From positions 38,132,001-38,196,000 of the forward strand of contig OZ249436.1 in the NCBI GenBank assembly GCA_965235115.1: DNA of 64,000 nucleotides, written 5' to 3'. Each line of letters begins with the position of its first letter. Positions within the stretch are counted from its first letter, which is position 1. This DNA is from Laetmonice hystrix. Its lineage: Eukaryota. Position numbers and translations under genes: made by a program. Below the pieces are notes generated by a model. It saw only the letters and a program-made list of their open reading frames with translations, made no database searches and was not told the DNA's origin. This document shows, piece by piece, positions 51,014-63,566 of the stretch.

Positions 51014-52177
51014 GTGCGGCAGGGGGCCCGGAAAAAAATAATTTAGAAGGCAACACCCAGCCCCCTACTATTTCTCGGCATCTGGAGATCAATTTTCTGA
51101 TGGAAATGAAAAGTCTGCTAGGCCACTTTTGATAACATTTTCCTGGTACGGTTCAGGGAGGAGATGGGGAGCTGACCATGCGGACCTTGGCGATTGGGTC
51201 GCTGGGTAGAGAGCTAAGGTTTGTTTCTCATCAACCACAAATGTTTACCTTTGGCCCTCTGAGAAGACCTATATGCAATTTACTTATAGTTTTACTGTTT
51301 CTAACTCAACTCAGAATGAAAAGAGCTTTCATTAGAGCCTAGTATGAAGGCTCTACGACGACTTTAAAAAAATGACCTTTCTAAGCTGGAAACTGGCGGA
51401 CATCTTGGATTTGAAGGTCAAAATAGGTCAAATCCTCAAAATGACATCAAAATATGAATTCCTTGACCCCAAAAGTCTCGAAATCGATATACTGTGCAGC
51501 ATTGTAGGCCAAATCATTGAAAGCATAATATCCAAGGTGACTGATGGCGGCCATTTTGGACTTAGGGTCCTCACGGAGTTAGCCCACATTTTTGCGAGGG
51601 GCATGGGGGCCACATTTTTTTTATTTAACCTTCATAGAAGACAAATCCACCGAGAAACCAGCCTTCGCTCTCCACGGTCACGGAATTGCTAGAGATGACC
51701 CAACTACATAGGTTTTGTGACGCAGACTGGAGCACTATGAAATTACCGTGCAGTGCTTGAATTTAACTGTGGATCAGCACAAAATGACCTTGCAGCGGAA
51801 CACGTTTGGTCAGGAGCAGAACAAGTAGCCGTGCAGCGGAGCATTAATAGCTGTGCCGCAGCAGAAAACATCCGTGCCACGCCATATTTTTGATGTGTCA
51901 CAGCACAAAATACCCGTGGAGAAGATCAGTTTAGCTGTGCCGCAGCACAAAATATCTGTGGAGCGGAAGAGTACGAGGGTGAAGCACATCACCTTGCCGT
52001 GGAGCATTTTGGTACTGTGTAGCAGACTTTGTACTTTTGGGCCATCGTAGTAGTCAGCCTGCCTATAGTGGGCATTATCCTATAACTGAACCCTGTAGGT
52101 GATAAGTTACTAGGCGGCAGGCGAAAAAAACTCAGGTTCAGCGACTTTTTTTGTTGCAGTATCGTCTCTACCCCTCA

Positions 52178-52183
52178 TTTATT
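52178..52183 (-). terminator. Possible aquaporin polyadenylation signal
   Basis: AATAAA on the minus strand ~440 nt after the predicted stop. Confidence 0.4.
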
Positions 52184-52620
52184 AAGTGTATAATTAAGAG
52201 GAAAAGTACGTCGAGGCAAGTGTCTTTTCAAGTCAGACAATAACCGTGCCCAACAACAGCCAGTTTGCATTGAAGAGCAATACTTGCCTATCAGCAGGCC
52301 TATTAAACCTTAAATAGTGCTTGTAAGGAATGATTTTCATTAGAAGAGCTTCGAACACGGTTAATGTTCCAACATGTCATTTGGTATTCAGATGAGATCG
52401 GCCGGATATTGCATCTTACGACAGGATGGAATCGCCATCCATGACGCCACTTTTTGAACGATGGACTGACTGATCATAAAGCTTGCATACACATCAGTAT
52501 ATTATTGCTGCAAAAGTCAACAGCCCATAGAAAATACAGGTACAAATGTACATCGTTGCATTTCGTCCCAGCCGTTAAATTAGGTAAATTTATCACTTTG
52601 GCCAAACACGTCGTACACTC

Positions 52621-52669
52621 TCAATCTTCCTTGTAAACAATCCTCTTGTCAGGTCGAGCAAAGATGATC
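52621..52669 (-). CDS. AQP8: Aquaporin terminal exon ([16 protein letters not shown])
   Basis: tttacag| acceptor in matching phase; resembles the short AQP8 C-terminal tail. Confidence 0.75.
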
Positions 52670-55600
52670 CTGTAAATAAGAAAAAACACTGGTCTTAACA
52701 GTCTCATATAAACGCAACTTCTAAAACAACTAGACCTATATCATCAGGTAAGGTGGAGGTTCGCATTACAATGTAATATTGTAATGACAAATATATGCCT
52801 ATTGATTCGTAGGCCTTCTCGTCAAATTATTTAAAAGCTATCTGGGTTGGCTCAAAGTTTAGGTGTTGGACCACTCTTCATACGAATGTAGGACATTTGG
52901 GCCACGGACATTTGGGCCACAGACATTTTGGGCCACGAACCTGCAAACCTAACACTAACACAAGCCTAACCTTAACCCTAACCGTAACCACGTGGCCAAA
53001 ATATCCTAGGTTGCAGGTTCGTTGCCCAAAACGTCCGTGGCCCAATTGTTCATGGCCCAAATGTCCAAAAACATGTATACATTGTATATCTACTTAAGCA
53101 GTATACTCGTATCCTGAGGTGTTTGAGTTCATGTTTTTAACCGACATCCCTTTGTGCGTATTCGGAATAAGCACAGGGGCGGGGGTATAGGGATCGCATT
53201 AGAGACGTTTCAAAGGAACCGCGTAGCATGCGCTCTGTGGCTTGGAAGGTGGGGAATCCCCTCGCGCACAGCCCGCGTCTTTGTCCCCGCGTTATGTAAG
53301 ATTAGAAGACCTTTTGTAACGGACCTCCCTGTCAGTTATACGTGGGTGACTGCACAATCAACCTTGGTGAGGTTTTGCCTTAAAGGTGCTATTCGTCTCG
53401 CACAGAATGGCATTTCTCCTATCATACATTGTGCACATAGTACTAGAAAAAATTCCTACCGATACCATTGGCCTGATAAACCTTCTATTAGTTTGTGTGC
53501 AGCATTTGAAACCTATCTCGGTGCGCACCGAGATAGAGCCATTTCCTATGGTGGGGCGTGTCAGGGTCTCCACAGGCCTTCTGAGAGAGCCCCATTTGTG
53601 CCGTTATCCATGAAAAATTTTGATTTCCTTTGTTGTGAATCTATTTCCATGATAGGTGGGATCACATAAACGTCAACAAAATTAAAAATAAAAAAATTGA
53701 ACTTTTTTTCACGAATAGCACCTTTAAGGTTAACCAGTTACGACGAGGGTTACTTTATTGATAGTTTATCTTTAGGCCAAAAAAAAAATCCCGGTTTCTG
53801 TTCCGCCCGCGCGTCACTTCAGATGCCGCGCATCAGTGCTTTTTTTCTTGCCCTCACCTTGGATGACTGTGAATTGTGCTGCCACCTAGCGGTAAGGCTT
53901 AAAACTAACCATTGTTGTAATGGATATTTCATTAACACTGCAACGGAAGTGTGTTTGTTTTCAAAGCGATGACAGCAAAGGTCATGGTCCTTATCTATGA
54001 GTTCATTTTACATGATAATTCTTATGATGCTTACCATCTTAGCCAGCTATCACCAAAAAAAATCTTTAAAAAAAACCCGCGTCACCGCACCACTTTTGAA
54101 AATTCTTCGGACCAGAAACCGGGAATATTTTTTTTGCCTTATGGCATGATAATGTATTTCCCCTTAGCTTAAATCTCTCAATGTCTACACGTTCTAATAA
54201 AAACGTTTGGATATACAGAGCCGTCAAACATCTGGTCGATTGACCCGGTTATTGAGCCACACGTTCAGGCTGCAATTTATATTCGCTACCTTCTGAATCG
54301 CATACTCACCAGGTGGCGCCAGTTATTTCCTCTCAACTGGCACTCACATTATGCACGCTTTACCCCCCAAAATGGGGTTTTCGCGTAGCAATACAGGGAC
54401 TTCCGGCACAGCTCACTCTGTTTGGTGTATCCACCATCATAACTAGGACAATTAACTTAGGTGATGAAAAGGATGAATTGTGGTGGGTATTTATACGAAT
54501 GATCTTCGTGGCTTAATCTAGTTGTTGAAATAAATACAATTTGGTGACAGAAACGTTTAATCAAAGACAGTTTAAAACTCGTACTGTTTGCAACTCCTCC
54601 CCCGCCCGCAGCACTGTCAACAACAACATTGCGGCGAGTCGACACCTGACAGGAGACTCGGATTAGCCGTAAACGCTTTGTAAGCTGACATCAGTCAGTA
54701 TTAAAGGTCCCCTAGTCACTCTCCCCCCGTTCCAGTTAGTCAATTTGTACCCATATGTGAAATATGATGTCTCACAGGCGCTGCAATGTCGAGAAAACCG
54801 TGAAAGTGTGCTCCAGCCGGGGTCCCGAGTAAACACTGTCCATGTTATATTGTTGTTGAGTTCAAATCTGCCGCTGTCGACAAATGGCGCTATGACTGAC
54901 GTCATTGCATCAACTATCCCATAATACCCCGCTAGGCCGCTTCCGGGGAATGCCCCACCGCCCCACGCCCCGCAACACACGCTGGGCCATTTCAGTCGAT
55001 GCTCGCACCTCGGTACGTGGAGGAGCAAACTAGTACTAGTATTGGCTATAGACTATACTAAGATAAAATATTCATCGCTCATCCTCTGCTGAGAAAACGG
55101 GGCTTGTTGTAGTGGCTACACTAAAACGGTTGCCAGAGGAGTCTGCTACGCGAGGAGTGTGCTCGGTGTGCTACTCGTTCTGTGCTACGCGACTCAGCCG
55201 AGCTGCCGAGGCCCCGGTGCCCGTTAACACGCGCATAAGGAGGGGTGCTATTTACTCGAACTTTACACTAGCATATAATATTTCTATGTTGTAGACTCTA
55301 GTCTAAGTCTGATAACGATGCGTAGCGTAGTTTATGAAAAATCGCGAGTTCAAAATGAGTGTGTGCCAGCGGCAGCCTTCCCACCCGCGGGGCGAACCGT
55401 GACGCCGCCGTCCCTCTCAGAGCACCGCCGTTCGTCGGGCTGCCACTCACTGACTCAGTGACACGTTCGGCAGGCGAGGTGGCGAGGGCCGGGGTGGGGG
55501 GTGTCTGTGTGTGTAGGGACCGCAGTAGGGGGCCCGGAGCCCGTTCCCCTAACATGCCTAACCTCCTCTTCGCTGTCCGCCATTTTCCGCGTGCTCCTCT

Positions 55601-58600
55601 CGGGAAGTAGATGCAGTCACGTGGTTATGCGCGCGCATAGACGGAATTCCCCCGTTACCCAGCCGAGGCAACATGGCAAAATGGCGCGGAGACGCAGGCA
55701 TGATACTATCATGGTACATCGTCGGTTCTCACAGTAAATCGGGTTAGTTCCACTCAAATTTATTATGATAAGTGCAGGGGATCCATATGGGAGGGGTCAA
55801 CTTCCTGGGGCGAAGAAATAGTGCCACTTTAATTCTAGAATCCCCATTGATGATTAAAGAATGTGAGTTATTACTACATTAGCGTTCAGTTGAAATTTGT
55901 TACAACTTCAAATTTTACTAAAATCATAACTTTTATTTTCCCCCGATGGCGGCCGCCATTTTGAACTATTTTTCTCCCGTGAAGCTTTGCACGGTATATG
56001 AATGAGGATTTACGGAAATCCGAGGGAGCGCGAGTGTGTCTGAATCGCTTAACGCTGTGTGTGTAGGTTTTTAGTTCCTCCCTAATTGGAGAGCGGTCGT
56101 GCTGTGATTGGTCAGACACTTTGACGTCAAATAAGCAGACGCAATGCCGGCATCCACACGCTGAGGAGGCTCCGGCACGCACTAAAATGCTTATATCTTC
56201 ACTATTTGCGCACCAATAATTGTGTTCAACTCTTTTCTAGCTTGTTTTCACGGCCTGTGTGCCTGGACTGTACAAACTGGGGCCAGCCTTTTCTTTTAAA
56301 ACGGTATTTCCATATTTACGATCTACCTTAGACATGATCGGTCCTATAAAGTCAGCTTCGGAAAGTCATACAGCAGACTGGTGTCAATCGAAATCAGCTC
56401 CTATTGGAAATCGGCCGCCCGTAGACGTAGTCAGAGCCTTGTCCGACCGGCAAGATTGGATGCAGTATCTGATATATAGCCTGGCATAGGTCTAGGCCTG
56501 ACCTTTCTGGGTCACGTTAAGCGTACAATTTTAGCACTCTTCGGTAGGCAATAAATCTTAACGCTGGTAAGTTAATATATTAAAAACACACAGAGAGTTT
56601 TCTTATACTATAATATAGGCTTCCCCGTTGCCACAAAGGCTTCTATTTCCGTAACATAGCACTTTAAATGTCTTCTCAAAATCAAAGGTAGGGACTTCCA
56701 AACGAATGAACTATATTCATCAATGTTCTGAGTGAAATATTAAAGGAGAAGTCCAGTCGAAAATCACATTTGGACAGCTGCAAAGCCTCTATATATACTC
56801 ACCTTTCAGAGTAGTGGTTGGAAATAAATGCCCCCCCCCCTCATTCCAAGAAGTCATATGTCGAACATGACAACCATGTCAAAATCACTGGCTTCAGCGG
56901 CGCAGCCATTTTGTGCCCATCTTTCCATCTATTGAGCATGCGCTGAATTGATCAGTTGAGGCCGGGGTTGCCGGGGCTAGGCTAGACTAGGCTAAAGGCG
57001 GCCGAGGCGGGTGGGCGAATCGATGGGGGGTCAGTCCCACAGTCACAGTCACAATTAAACGAAACAGGTCTGTGCTGACACTGCCCGGATCTCAGTGCCC
57101 GGTTGTAGTCAGAGTGGGGGCCCAGCGGCAGCAGGGCTGAGCTCCGTCAACATCACACCTCCGAGCGGGACGGACTGAAAGCAGGCGGCCGAAACCCACG
57201 GCTGCCCAGATCCGTGTCCACCCTGATATATCTATACACCCTGATATCGGTAGGCTTAATTCCTAGCCATTTCCGTCTATGTTCTAAGAAATATAGCTTG
57301 TAAGCTGTCAACGTTCGCTACCTCTGAATCATTCAACGCAACAACATGTGCGTCAGTTTTTAGTTCCTCCCAAACTGGAGAGTAGTCGTGCTGTGATTGG
57401 TCAGGCCTAGGTCGAGCATGCGCAATTTGGGGCTAGCCCAACGAGCAGACGCTATGGCGGCCTCCACCAGCTGAGCAGGCTCTAAGCAGGCTCCGGCACT
57501 AAAGTGCTTGTATCTTAACTATTTGAGCACCAATTGTGTTCAAATTGTGTTTTTTAACTTGCTTAGAAGTTCACGGCCTGTGTGTCTGGCCTGTACACAT
57601 TGGCGGTGGTCGTTTCTTTTAATAGGACCTGGCATCGGCGTCATAGACTCGCCACTCTAAACGGTCTCCTCCATAGGCTTACTTTGCGAAGTACTCTCCG
57701 GTGAAAATAGGCGGGCGTGAGAGGGGGGATCACTGGAAGCAGTTCAACCCCCAGCGTGGGAGCATTCATGGGGGCGCCTGGGCGAGACCGCAGGAACAGA
57801 TGACGTAATCGGGAATCCCCTCCCCTCACGGCCGCATAGTGCAGCGACGCGGTTCGTTCGAAAGGTCTCTAATAATTCTGATATAGACCAGTCTGCTTAG
57901 ACCAGCCAATCAGAAGCGTTAAGCCTAACCATAAAGTAAGATCTTAAGATTTTAGAAACCCGGCCCTGAAGTGTAAACGTACCTGTAGAAAGTGCCGGCA
58001 ATGAGAGCACCAATGGCCGGGCCGACCCAGTAGACCCAGTGGTTCGTCCATAGTTTTGTCGTCATCGACGAAAGCACGACGGCAGGACCTAGACTCCGGG
58101 CTGGGTTCATTGAACCTCCCGTTGTGTTGAATCTGGGTGGAATCAAACAACACGGATACATCCCGCTATAATGTACAATGCAGGCTCTTATAATAAAGAC
58201 TATAGTACAGACCTATAACCAAAAAAATAGAAAACAACTGGCTACTAAAATTGAACAGAATGAATTATAAGCGTCATTATAGTCAATCTCTAATGCTGTT
58301 GTAGTAGCATGGATTGATAGATTGACTAAAGAGCATACTAAAACATATAAAAGCATGCTGTGAGAATAAACCAATTGAATCAAGGAGTCAAACAATCAAT
58401 CAATCAATAAACCTGAAACATTTACAAGAAAAAAAATCCAACCTGGACACATTGCTTGGAATATTTACCCTTCACCACGGTGGGAATAATTACCCCCGTA
58501 GTGGGAATATATCCATCGCGGTAGTAATTTGGGAGAAAAAGAAATTAACTTTACAAGAAAAACAAAATTATATTCATAAAATAAATCATGTAGTATGAAA

Positions 58601-61312
58601 ATAATCGCATGTCCTACATGGGCCACCGTACAACCCCCCCCCCCCCCCTTCATTTCTCTGTGTCGGCTGCTGTTAGAAGCCTACCCTGCCAAGATGCCGG
58701 CTGTGACGGCCATGCCGATACAGATTGGATGGATGACGTTGTGCGCGTCTGTGTTGACGGCCGTCATGAGTACGGTCATGACAAGCACGGTTGTAAGACC
58801 CGCCTCGGCCAACACGCCGTTCCACACACCCACGTCCTGGCCCAGCGCGTGGCCACCGCCCGAGATCAGCTCGTACCGGCTCAGGTTCGTTCCCTCCACC
58901 GTGAACGACAGCGACCCCTGGCAAAGAAACAAAAGACTGGGTCAGATACTCCCTACTACGAAAGCCCAGAAGGCTCATTTGAAATTTGAAATTCGAAATT
59001 AAACAGCCAATCACAAGCCCCCTTACGTGTTGCTGACTTGCTGGCCAATGAGATAAGCTCATACACATGTAGTTCCTTTATTTCGACATATTGAGGTCAG
59101 TAGGCGTGATCTAGGGCCTATGGCTTATTCGCCATAATTATTGGTTGTGGATATGAAGGAGATAGATGGGCTCATCTCATTGGTCAGCAAGTCAGCAACA
59201 CGTAAAGGGGGTTTGTGATTGGCTGTTTAAATTTCAAATTTCGAATGAGCCTTCTGGGCTTTCGTACTATAGATGGGATTTTTTTCTTGTGTATAGGCCT
59301 AAATGTTATAGGTTTATTGGTGGATTGGTTGTTTGACTGATTGAATTTTCAGAGCATGTTTTAGTTTAGTAGGGTTAATGAAGGAAGCTCTTGAGAGTGA
59401 ACTCATGTAGGCCTCTACGTCCTTGATAGTCGGCCTACACATTTAATTACTTTCAAATAACTGCTTGGTGTTTACTTCATCATGCATAGGCCTATTTGAA
59501 AGATGGCATTTATTAACAATCCCCATATCTGGGTGGCAAGGAATCTTCTCTTAAAGTGGTGGAGTTATACTGCATGTTTGATGGGAGCCTCACCCTACAG
59601 ATTGCTGCCCCCGTGATTCCACCGATACACTGAGACACGACATAGAGGAGCGCCTTGACGACTGGCACTCCTCCCCCGATACACACCCCCATCGTGACTG
59701 CCGGGTTGATGTGGCCACCACTGAAATACACATAACATCTGTGATATTTTCCTCAAGAAAACCATGCAGGATTCCTGCACGATTCTCTTATTTATTTGTT
59801 GGGCTATAAAATGTCGATCCTAAGGCCTGTGCAGAAACTAGAAACATGAATCTTGTTTTGCGACATCCCGACTTCATTATGTTACAGTTAACAACCAGAT
59901 AAGACGGATCAATTCATGCTCCAGCCAAAAGACATGATAAGCTTATTAGTATTTAATAGGCCTATGAATGCATTCATATCATTTACTTTTGGAATTTATA
60001 TAAAGTAAGCCAGGGTTTCTTGCAGACCCTTGTTGGGGGACACACCCCCAAACAGTTACTCCTTCCACAAAACATTTCTGGCTGTGTAACATTATGTCTT
60101 CATCCATCATTAGTAAGTGGTTTTCTTGAAGTGTTTTCGAGATATGAATCGTCGAAAATGTCCCTGACCTTGAATTGATTGACCTCACAAGGTCACTCAA
60201 TATAAACGGAAATAGTGACAAATGAAACTTAATGACTTCCTTAAACCTTAAACCTTAGTTTATAGAAAGTATATGGTTGCCTTATTGTTCACTTATATTT
60301 AATCTGAACACCAAAAAAATGGCACCTCAAGTTTGAAAGAAATCCAGGCTATTTTGTCCGAGTTATTTCTCCAAATGTGTTTATATCCAAGATGGCCAGA
60401 AAGCGGTCTTTTGAATGATATCAAAAATATGTTTGACCTCTGTCATCCTTAGACCGTCTCTGATCATTATGTCATGTTTCATGCAAGATTATGTCGGTAT
60501 CTTCAACTGTTTTGGAGGTAGGCTATAGGCCATTGAAAATATGACCTTGATTGACCTTTCAAGGTCACAGAAGGTCATGGAAAATGGCGCCAAACGAAAC
60601 TATATATAGGACTTACTATCTGGCAGCAATAGTATCCTAACTATTGCGTTACCTTGCACCGTTTTCAAGATATGCGCCAAAAGTGTTAGGCCTATGGGGG
60701 GGGGGGGGCAAAATAAATATGACCGCTATTTCGCCATAATTACTCTGAACTAAGAATACATTGCCATTTAGGCCTACATTGCCCCTCGTGCCTCTTCTTT
60801 GCACCAAATTTGAAAGAAATCTGGACTGTTTTGTTCGAGTAATGCGTCGCAATGTGCTTACATCCAAGATGGCAGCCAATGACATGACATCAAAAATTGG
60901 TTTCACGTAGTACATCATGCTCTTACCGTCCCTGATTAATGTATAAAGCTTCATACAATTTGACCCATACACTTCTGATAAATCATTGTCTACGGACGTA
61001 CGGATTAGAAGGGCGAATTAGGTTGGGTTGGGGGATAAAAATAGGCACAGCATCGAAATGACTGCACCGATTTAACGCCAGATGTCGTTACCTGATTGGC
61101 CCGAAGCTTGCCACCAGCAACATGATCATGAGTCCGTGCGCCACGGCCACGGGTGCCGCCAGCCCCAGCTGTACGGACATGGTGCCGACGAACACAAACA
61201 GCATGACGGCGAACAGCTCGGCCACACACGGCCTCAAGTAATCGTTGAACCAGGCTGGTCCTGCCGAGTTTTCCTCCATCACCTCCATGCTCACCAACTC
61301 ACGATTGTCCAT
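52621..61312 (-). CDS. AQP8: Aquaporin-8-like MIP channel (259 aa predicted), 5 coding exons
   Basis: Exons 61312-61092, 59720-59594, 58917-58685, 58132-57983 and 52669-52621 are phase-compatible. Both NPA motifs are present ([23 protein letters not shown]). Putative ar/R residues are H (AVAHGL), I (GILAG), G and R, as in AQP8. The C-terminus is [16 protein letters not shown], and the start codon is in a GCCACCATGG Kozak context. The AQP8 subfamily assignment is by recognition, not phylogeny. Confidence 0.9.
52891..53066. mobile_element. MITE with repeated GGACATTTGGGCCAC termini and a CTAACC-like core
   Basis: ggacatttgggccac x3 on the left, tggcccaaatgtcc on the right; internal cctaaccttaaccctaaccgtaacc. 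Confidence 0.65.
53384..53723. mobile_element. Kolobok-like MITE
   Basis: TTAA|AGGTGCTATTCGT ... ACGAATAGCACCT|TTAA. Confidence 0.8.
53775..54138. mobile_element. PIF/Harbinger-like MITE
   Basis: TTA|GGCCAAAAAAAAAATCCCGGTTTCTG ... CAGAAACCGGGAATATTTTTTTTGCC|TTA. Confidence 0.7.
56068..57621. repeat. Two diverged copies (~56068-56299 and ~57357-57621) of a dispersed repeat end, Kolobok-like (ends ...ttctttTAA)
   Basis: Shared ttttagttcctcc...gtcgtgctgtgattggtcag...ggctccggcac...ttcacggcctgtgtg segments. Confidence 0.55.
57983..58132 (-). CDS. AQP8: Aquaporin exon ([17 protein letters not shown]...[19 protein letters not shown])
   Basis: acccag| ... |gtacgt; second NPA. Confidence 0.92.
58685..58917 (-). 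CDS. AQP8: Aquaporin exon (GSLSF...[10 protein letters not shown]...[11 protein letters not shown])
   Basis: tgccag| ... |gtaggc. Confidence 0.92.
58957..59266. mobile_element. Foldback MITE with ~105-bp TIRs in an aquaporin intron
   Basis: tacgaaagcccagaaggctcatt...cagccaatcacaa / ttgtgattggctg...aatgagccttctgggctttcgta. Confidence 0.85.
59594..59720 (-). CDS. AQP8: Aquaporin exon ([10 protein letters not shown]...AAICR)
   Basis: tttcag| ... |gtgagg; first NPA. Confidence 0.93.
59835..61041. mobile_element. Helentron/DINE-like non-autonomous element (tentative)
   Basis: Starts aaactagaa, has internal TGACCTT/AAGGTCA motifs, and ends with a short ACGG repeat then gggggataaaaa; architecture recognised by eye only. 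Confidence 0.45.
61092..61312 (-). CDS. AQP8: Aquaporin exon (MDNRELVS...[17 protein letters not shown]...AHGL...FGPI)
   Basis: Kozak ATG; donor gtaacg; the upstream acceptor cttcag suggests a further 5' exon. Confidence 0.88.
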
Positions 61313-61383
61313 GGTGGCGCCGGTCGACAGCACCGAATCTCTGGACTGAAGTGGAGAATCATTCATTTTGCCATCAGCCCTGG

Positions 61384-61533
61384 CAGTGGCGTAGGAAGCT
61401 GGGGGCAGAGGGGGGCTGTTGCCCCCCTAATACTTATAAAATGGCCGTAGGCTTAATGCAAAGCCATAGGCGTAAGTCATTGTGACGTCACTTCTGCCCC
61501 CCCCTAAATATTTGTTTCCTTCCTACACCACTG
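61384..61533. mobile_element. hAT-like MITE
   Basis: CAGTGGCGTAGGAAG / CTTCCTACACCACTG. Confidence 0.7.
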
Positions 61534-61834
61534 GCCATGGGCGTCGAATGGTTTGTGTGTGTGTGTGTGGGGGGGCATTCCCTATTCAAAGCATGCAACT
61601 GAAACATGTCGTCGGCGCAGATACAGCAGTTGCCGAGTTTCACTCTTGATAAAAGGCCGGAGGGGGGTTGCCTGTCACAAGCAACTTAAAATTGTGCACT
61701 ACCAATGCAGACACAGCAATTACTAATTTAAAGTAAAGCATAGAACATTACCAAAAGGATGAGAAATAAGCGTCTGGCATCATCTTGGGCATCCTCCCCC
61801 GCTCGGGGTTGAACCACTTCCAGTGATTCCCCCT

Positions 61835-62018
61835 CCCGCCTGCCCGCCTGCCCGCCTGCCCGCCTGCCCGCCTGCCCGCCTGCCCGCCTGCCCGCCTGCC
61901 CGCCTGCCCGCCTGCCCGCCTGCCCGCCTGCCCGCCTGCCCGCCTGCCCGCCTGCCCGCCTGCCCGCCTGCCCGCCTGCCCGCCTGCCCGCCTGCCCGCC
62001 TGCCCGCCTACCCGCCTA
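61835..62018. repeat. (CCCGCCTG)23 octamer tandem repeat
   Basis: Directly visible; the last two units are CCCGCCTA. Confidence 0.97.
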
Positions 62019-62156
62019 TTCTCAGAAACGCGTAGCTCGCAGGGCCATCTGTTTTCCACCTAGTTCCGTAGACCAATCAGATTACAGCACTGCCTGAGGC
62101 GCGATTCATAAAAATTAGCGTGCATTTCTGGTTCGCCAGTAGGAACGTCCCCGGCC

Positions 62157-62797
62157 CAGAGGCCGAGAGCGACAGCCAGCGCCAGCGCTAGCGACACCGG
62201 GCCGCGAGCAGGCCAGTGTAGGCCTAATGTTTGGATGCCAGCCCGAAGCGACGATGACAGGGGGGCTAAACTTTGAAATTTCGCGTGTTAAACCGTATCA
62301 AGTCAGAGTGCTACAAACTGTATGGTTAGCCTGGGCTGGGCTCAAGGGGTAGAATGCAGGATGCGCGATGCCTCTTGACAACTCAAGATGTAGGCCTATC
62401 TTGGGTTGGCAAGGGGCATCGCGCATCCTACATTCTACCCCTTGAGCTCGGACCAGGCTAAACTGCCGGAGGTTGACCTTGAGGTCAACCTTATGAATAT
62501 TAATAGGACCTGGCATCATCGTCATCTAGACTCACCAACAACACTAAGCGGTCCTCAACGTAAGCTTACTTCTCGCGAAAATGCCTGATATATCCTTGTC
62601 CAGTTCGCTGATATATACAAATGTGTCCCTCCCTAACAATACAGTTTGTAGCACTCTGACTTAATACGGTTTAATACGCGAAATTCCAAAATTTAGCTCC
62701 CCTGATTTTAGCATCGTCGCCTCGCTTCGGTTGGCATACGAACATCGGCCTGCTCGGCCCAGTGTCGCCGGCGCTGGCTGTCGGTCTCGGCCTCTGC
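62157..62797. mobile_element. Foldback element with ~170-bp imperfect inverted arms, containing a 134-bp TAGCCTGG...CCAGGCTA hairpin MITE (62327-62460)
   Basis: aagtcagagtgctacaaactgtat / atacagtttgtagcactctgactt; inner arms gctcaaggggtagaatg / cattctaccccttgagc. Confidence 0.8.
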
Positions 62798-62984
62798 CGT
62801 GCCCATGGGTTCTTGCAGCCCTGTCAACTCAAAGTTAGTTGTTCATCCCAGTGTCAGGATTAAATGCCTACCCGATGCAAGCTAATTTTTATGAATCGCG
62901 CCTCAAGCAGTGCTGTAATCTGATTGGTGCTTGCGGTACTGCAACCAGGCCACAGGACTTGGTGGTAAATACGGGCAGGCGAGT

Positions 62985-63370
62985 GGTGGTCAGGGACCAC
63001 CCGGGCAGGGCCAGCTCGTCAGGGACTACCCAGTCAGGGACCACCCGGGCAGGGACCGCCCAGTCAGGGACCACCCTGTCAGGGACAAGCTAGTGGTGGT
63101 CAGGGACCACCCGGTCAGGGACCGGCTCGTCAGGGACTACCCAGTCAGGGACCACCCGGTCAGGGACCAGCTCGTCAGGGACCACCCAGTCAGGGACCAC
63201 CCGGTCAGGGCCAGCTCGTCAGGGACCAGCTAGTGATGGTCAGGAACCACCCGGTCAGGGCCAGCTCGTCAGGGACTACCCAGTCAGGGACCACCTGGTC
63301 AGGGACCAGCTCGCCAGGGACCACCCAGTCAGGGACCACCCAGTCAGGGACCACCCAGTCATGGACCAGC
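62985..63370 (+). repeat. 15-bp minisatellite (GTCAGGGACCACCCA/G), VRDHP-like if translated
   Basis: Tandem gtcagggacc(a/t) units directly visible. Confidence 0.9.
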
Positions 63371-63377
63371 TGAGCAA

Positions 63378-63566
63378 GGACAAGAAATTATCCGAGGATT
63401 ACACTCTGCCAAGGTGCTATGAGAGCTCCAGCTGTCTGATCCGGACATAAAGAAAATCCTGCAATGGCGGGAGGAATCAAGCCAGCGGCCAGAAAGGAGA
63501 ATTGCCACTCCTGAAAGTCCGGCGACCAGAGCGCTCTGGCAGTCATGGTACCAGCTAGTGATAATC
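63378..63566 (+). pseudogene. Gypsy LTR retrotransposon pol relic (RNase H-integrase linker)
   Basis: Translates as VL*ELQLSDPDIKKILQWREESSQRPERRIATPESPATRALWQSWYQLVII*, matching the QxxDPDI..ILQW...RP...SP.T.A.W..W.QL pattern of metazoan Gypsy pol; in-frame stops. Confidence 0.7.

Noticed and set aside
52948..52990. Interstitial telomere (TAACCC-like)
   Set aside because: Only a few degenerate units, enclosed within a MITE
53154..53669. 171-aa ORF
   Set aside because: It starts at GTG, runs across a Kolobok-like MITE boundary, lies in an aquaporin intron and has no recognisable domain
61313..61366. Upstream ATG (MNDSPLQ...) as the aquaporin start
   Set aside because: It overlaps a pyrimidine-rich acceptor (ttctccacttcag), while the downstream ATG has a perfect Kozak context; likely intronic or UTR
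61748..62059. RAGGQAGR / PARLPACP repeat ORFs
   Set aside because: Translation artefacts of the octamer repeat
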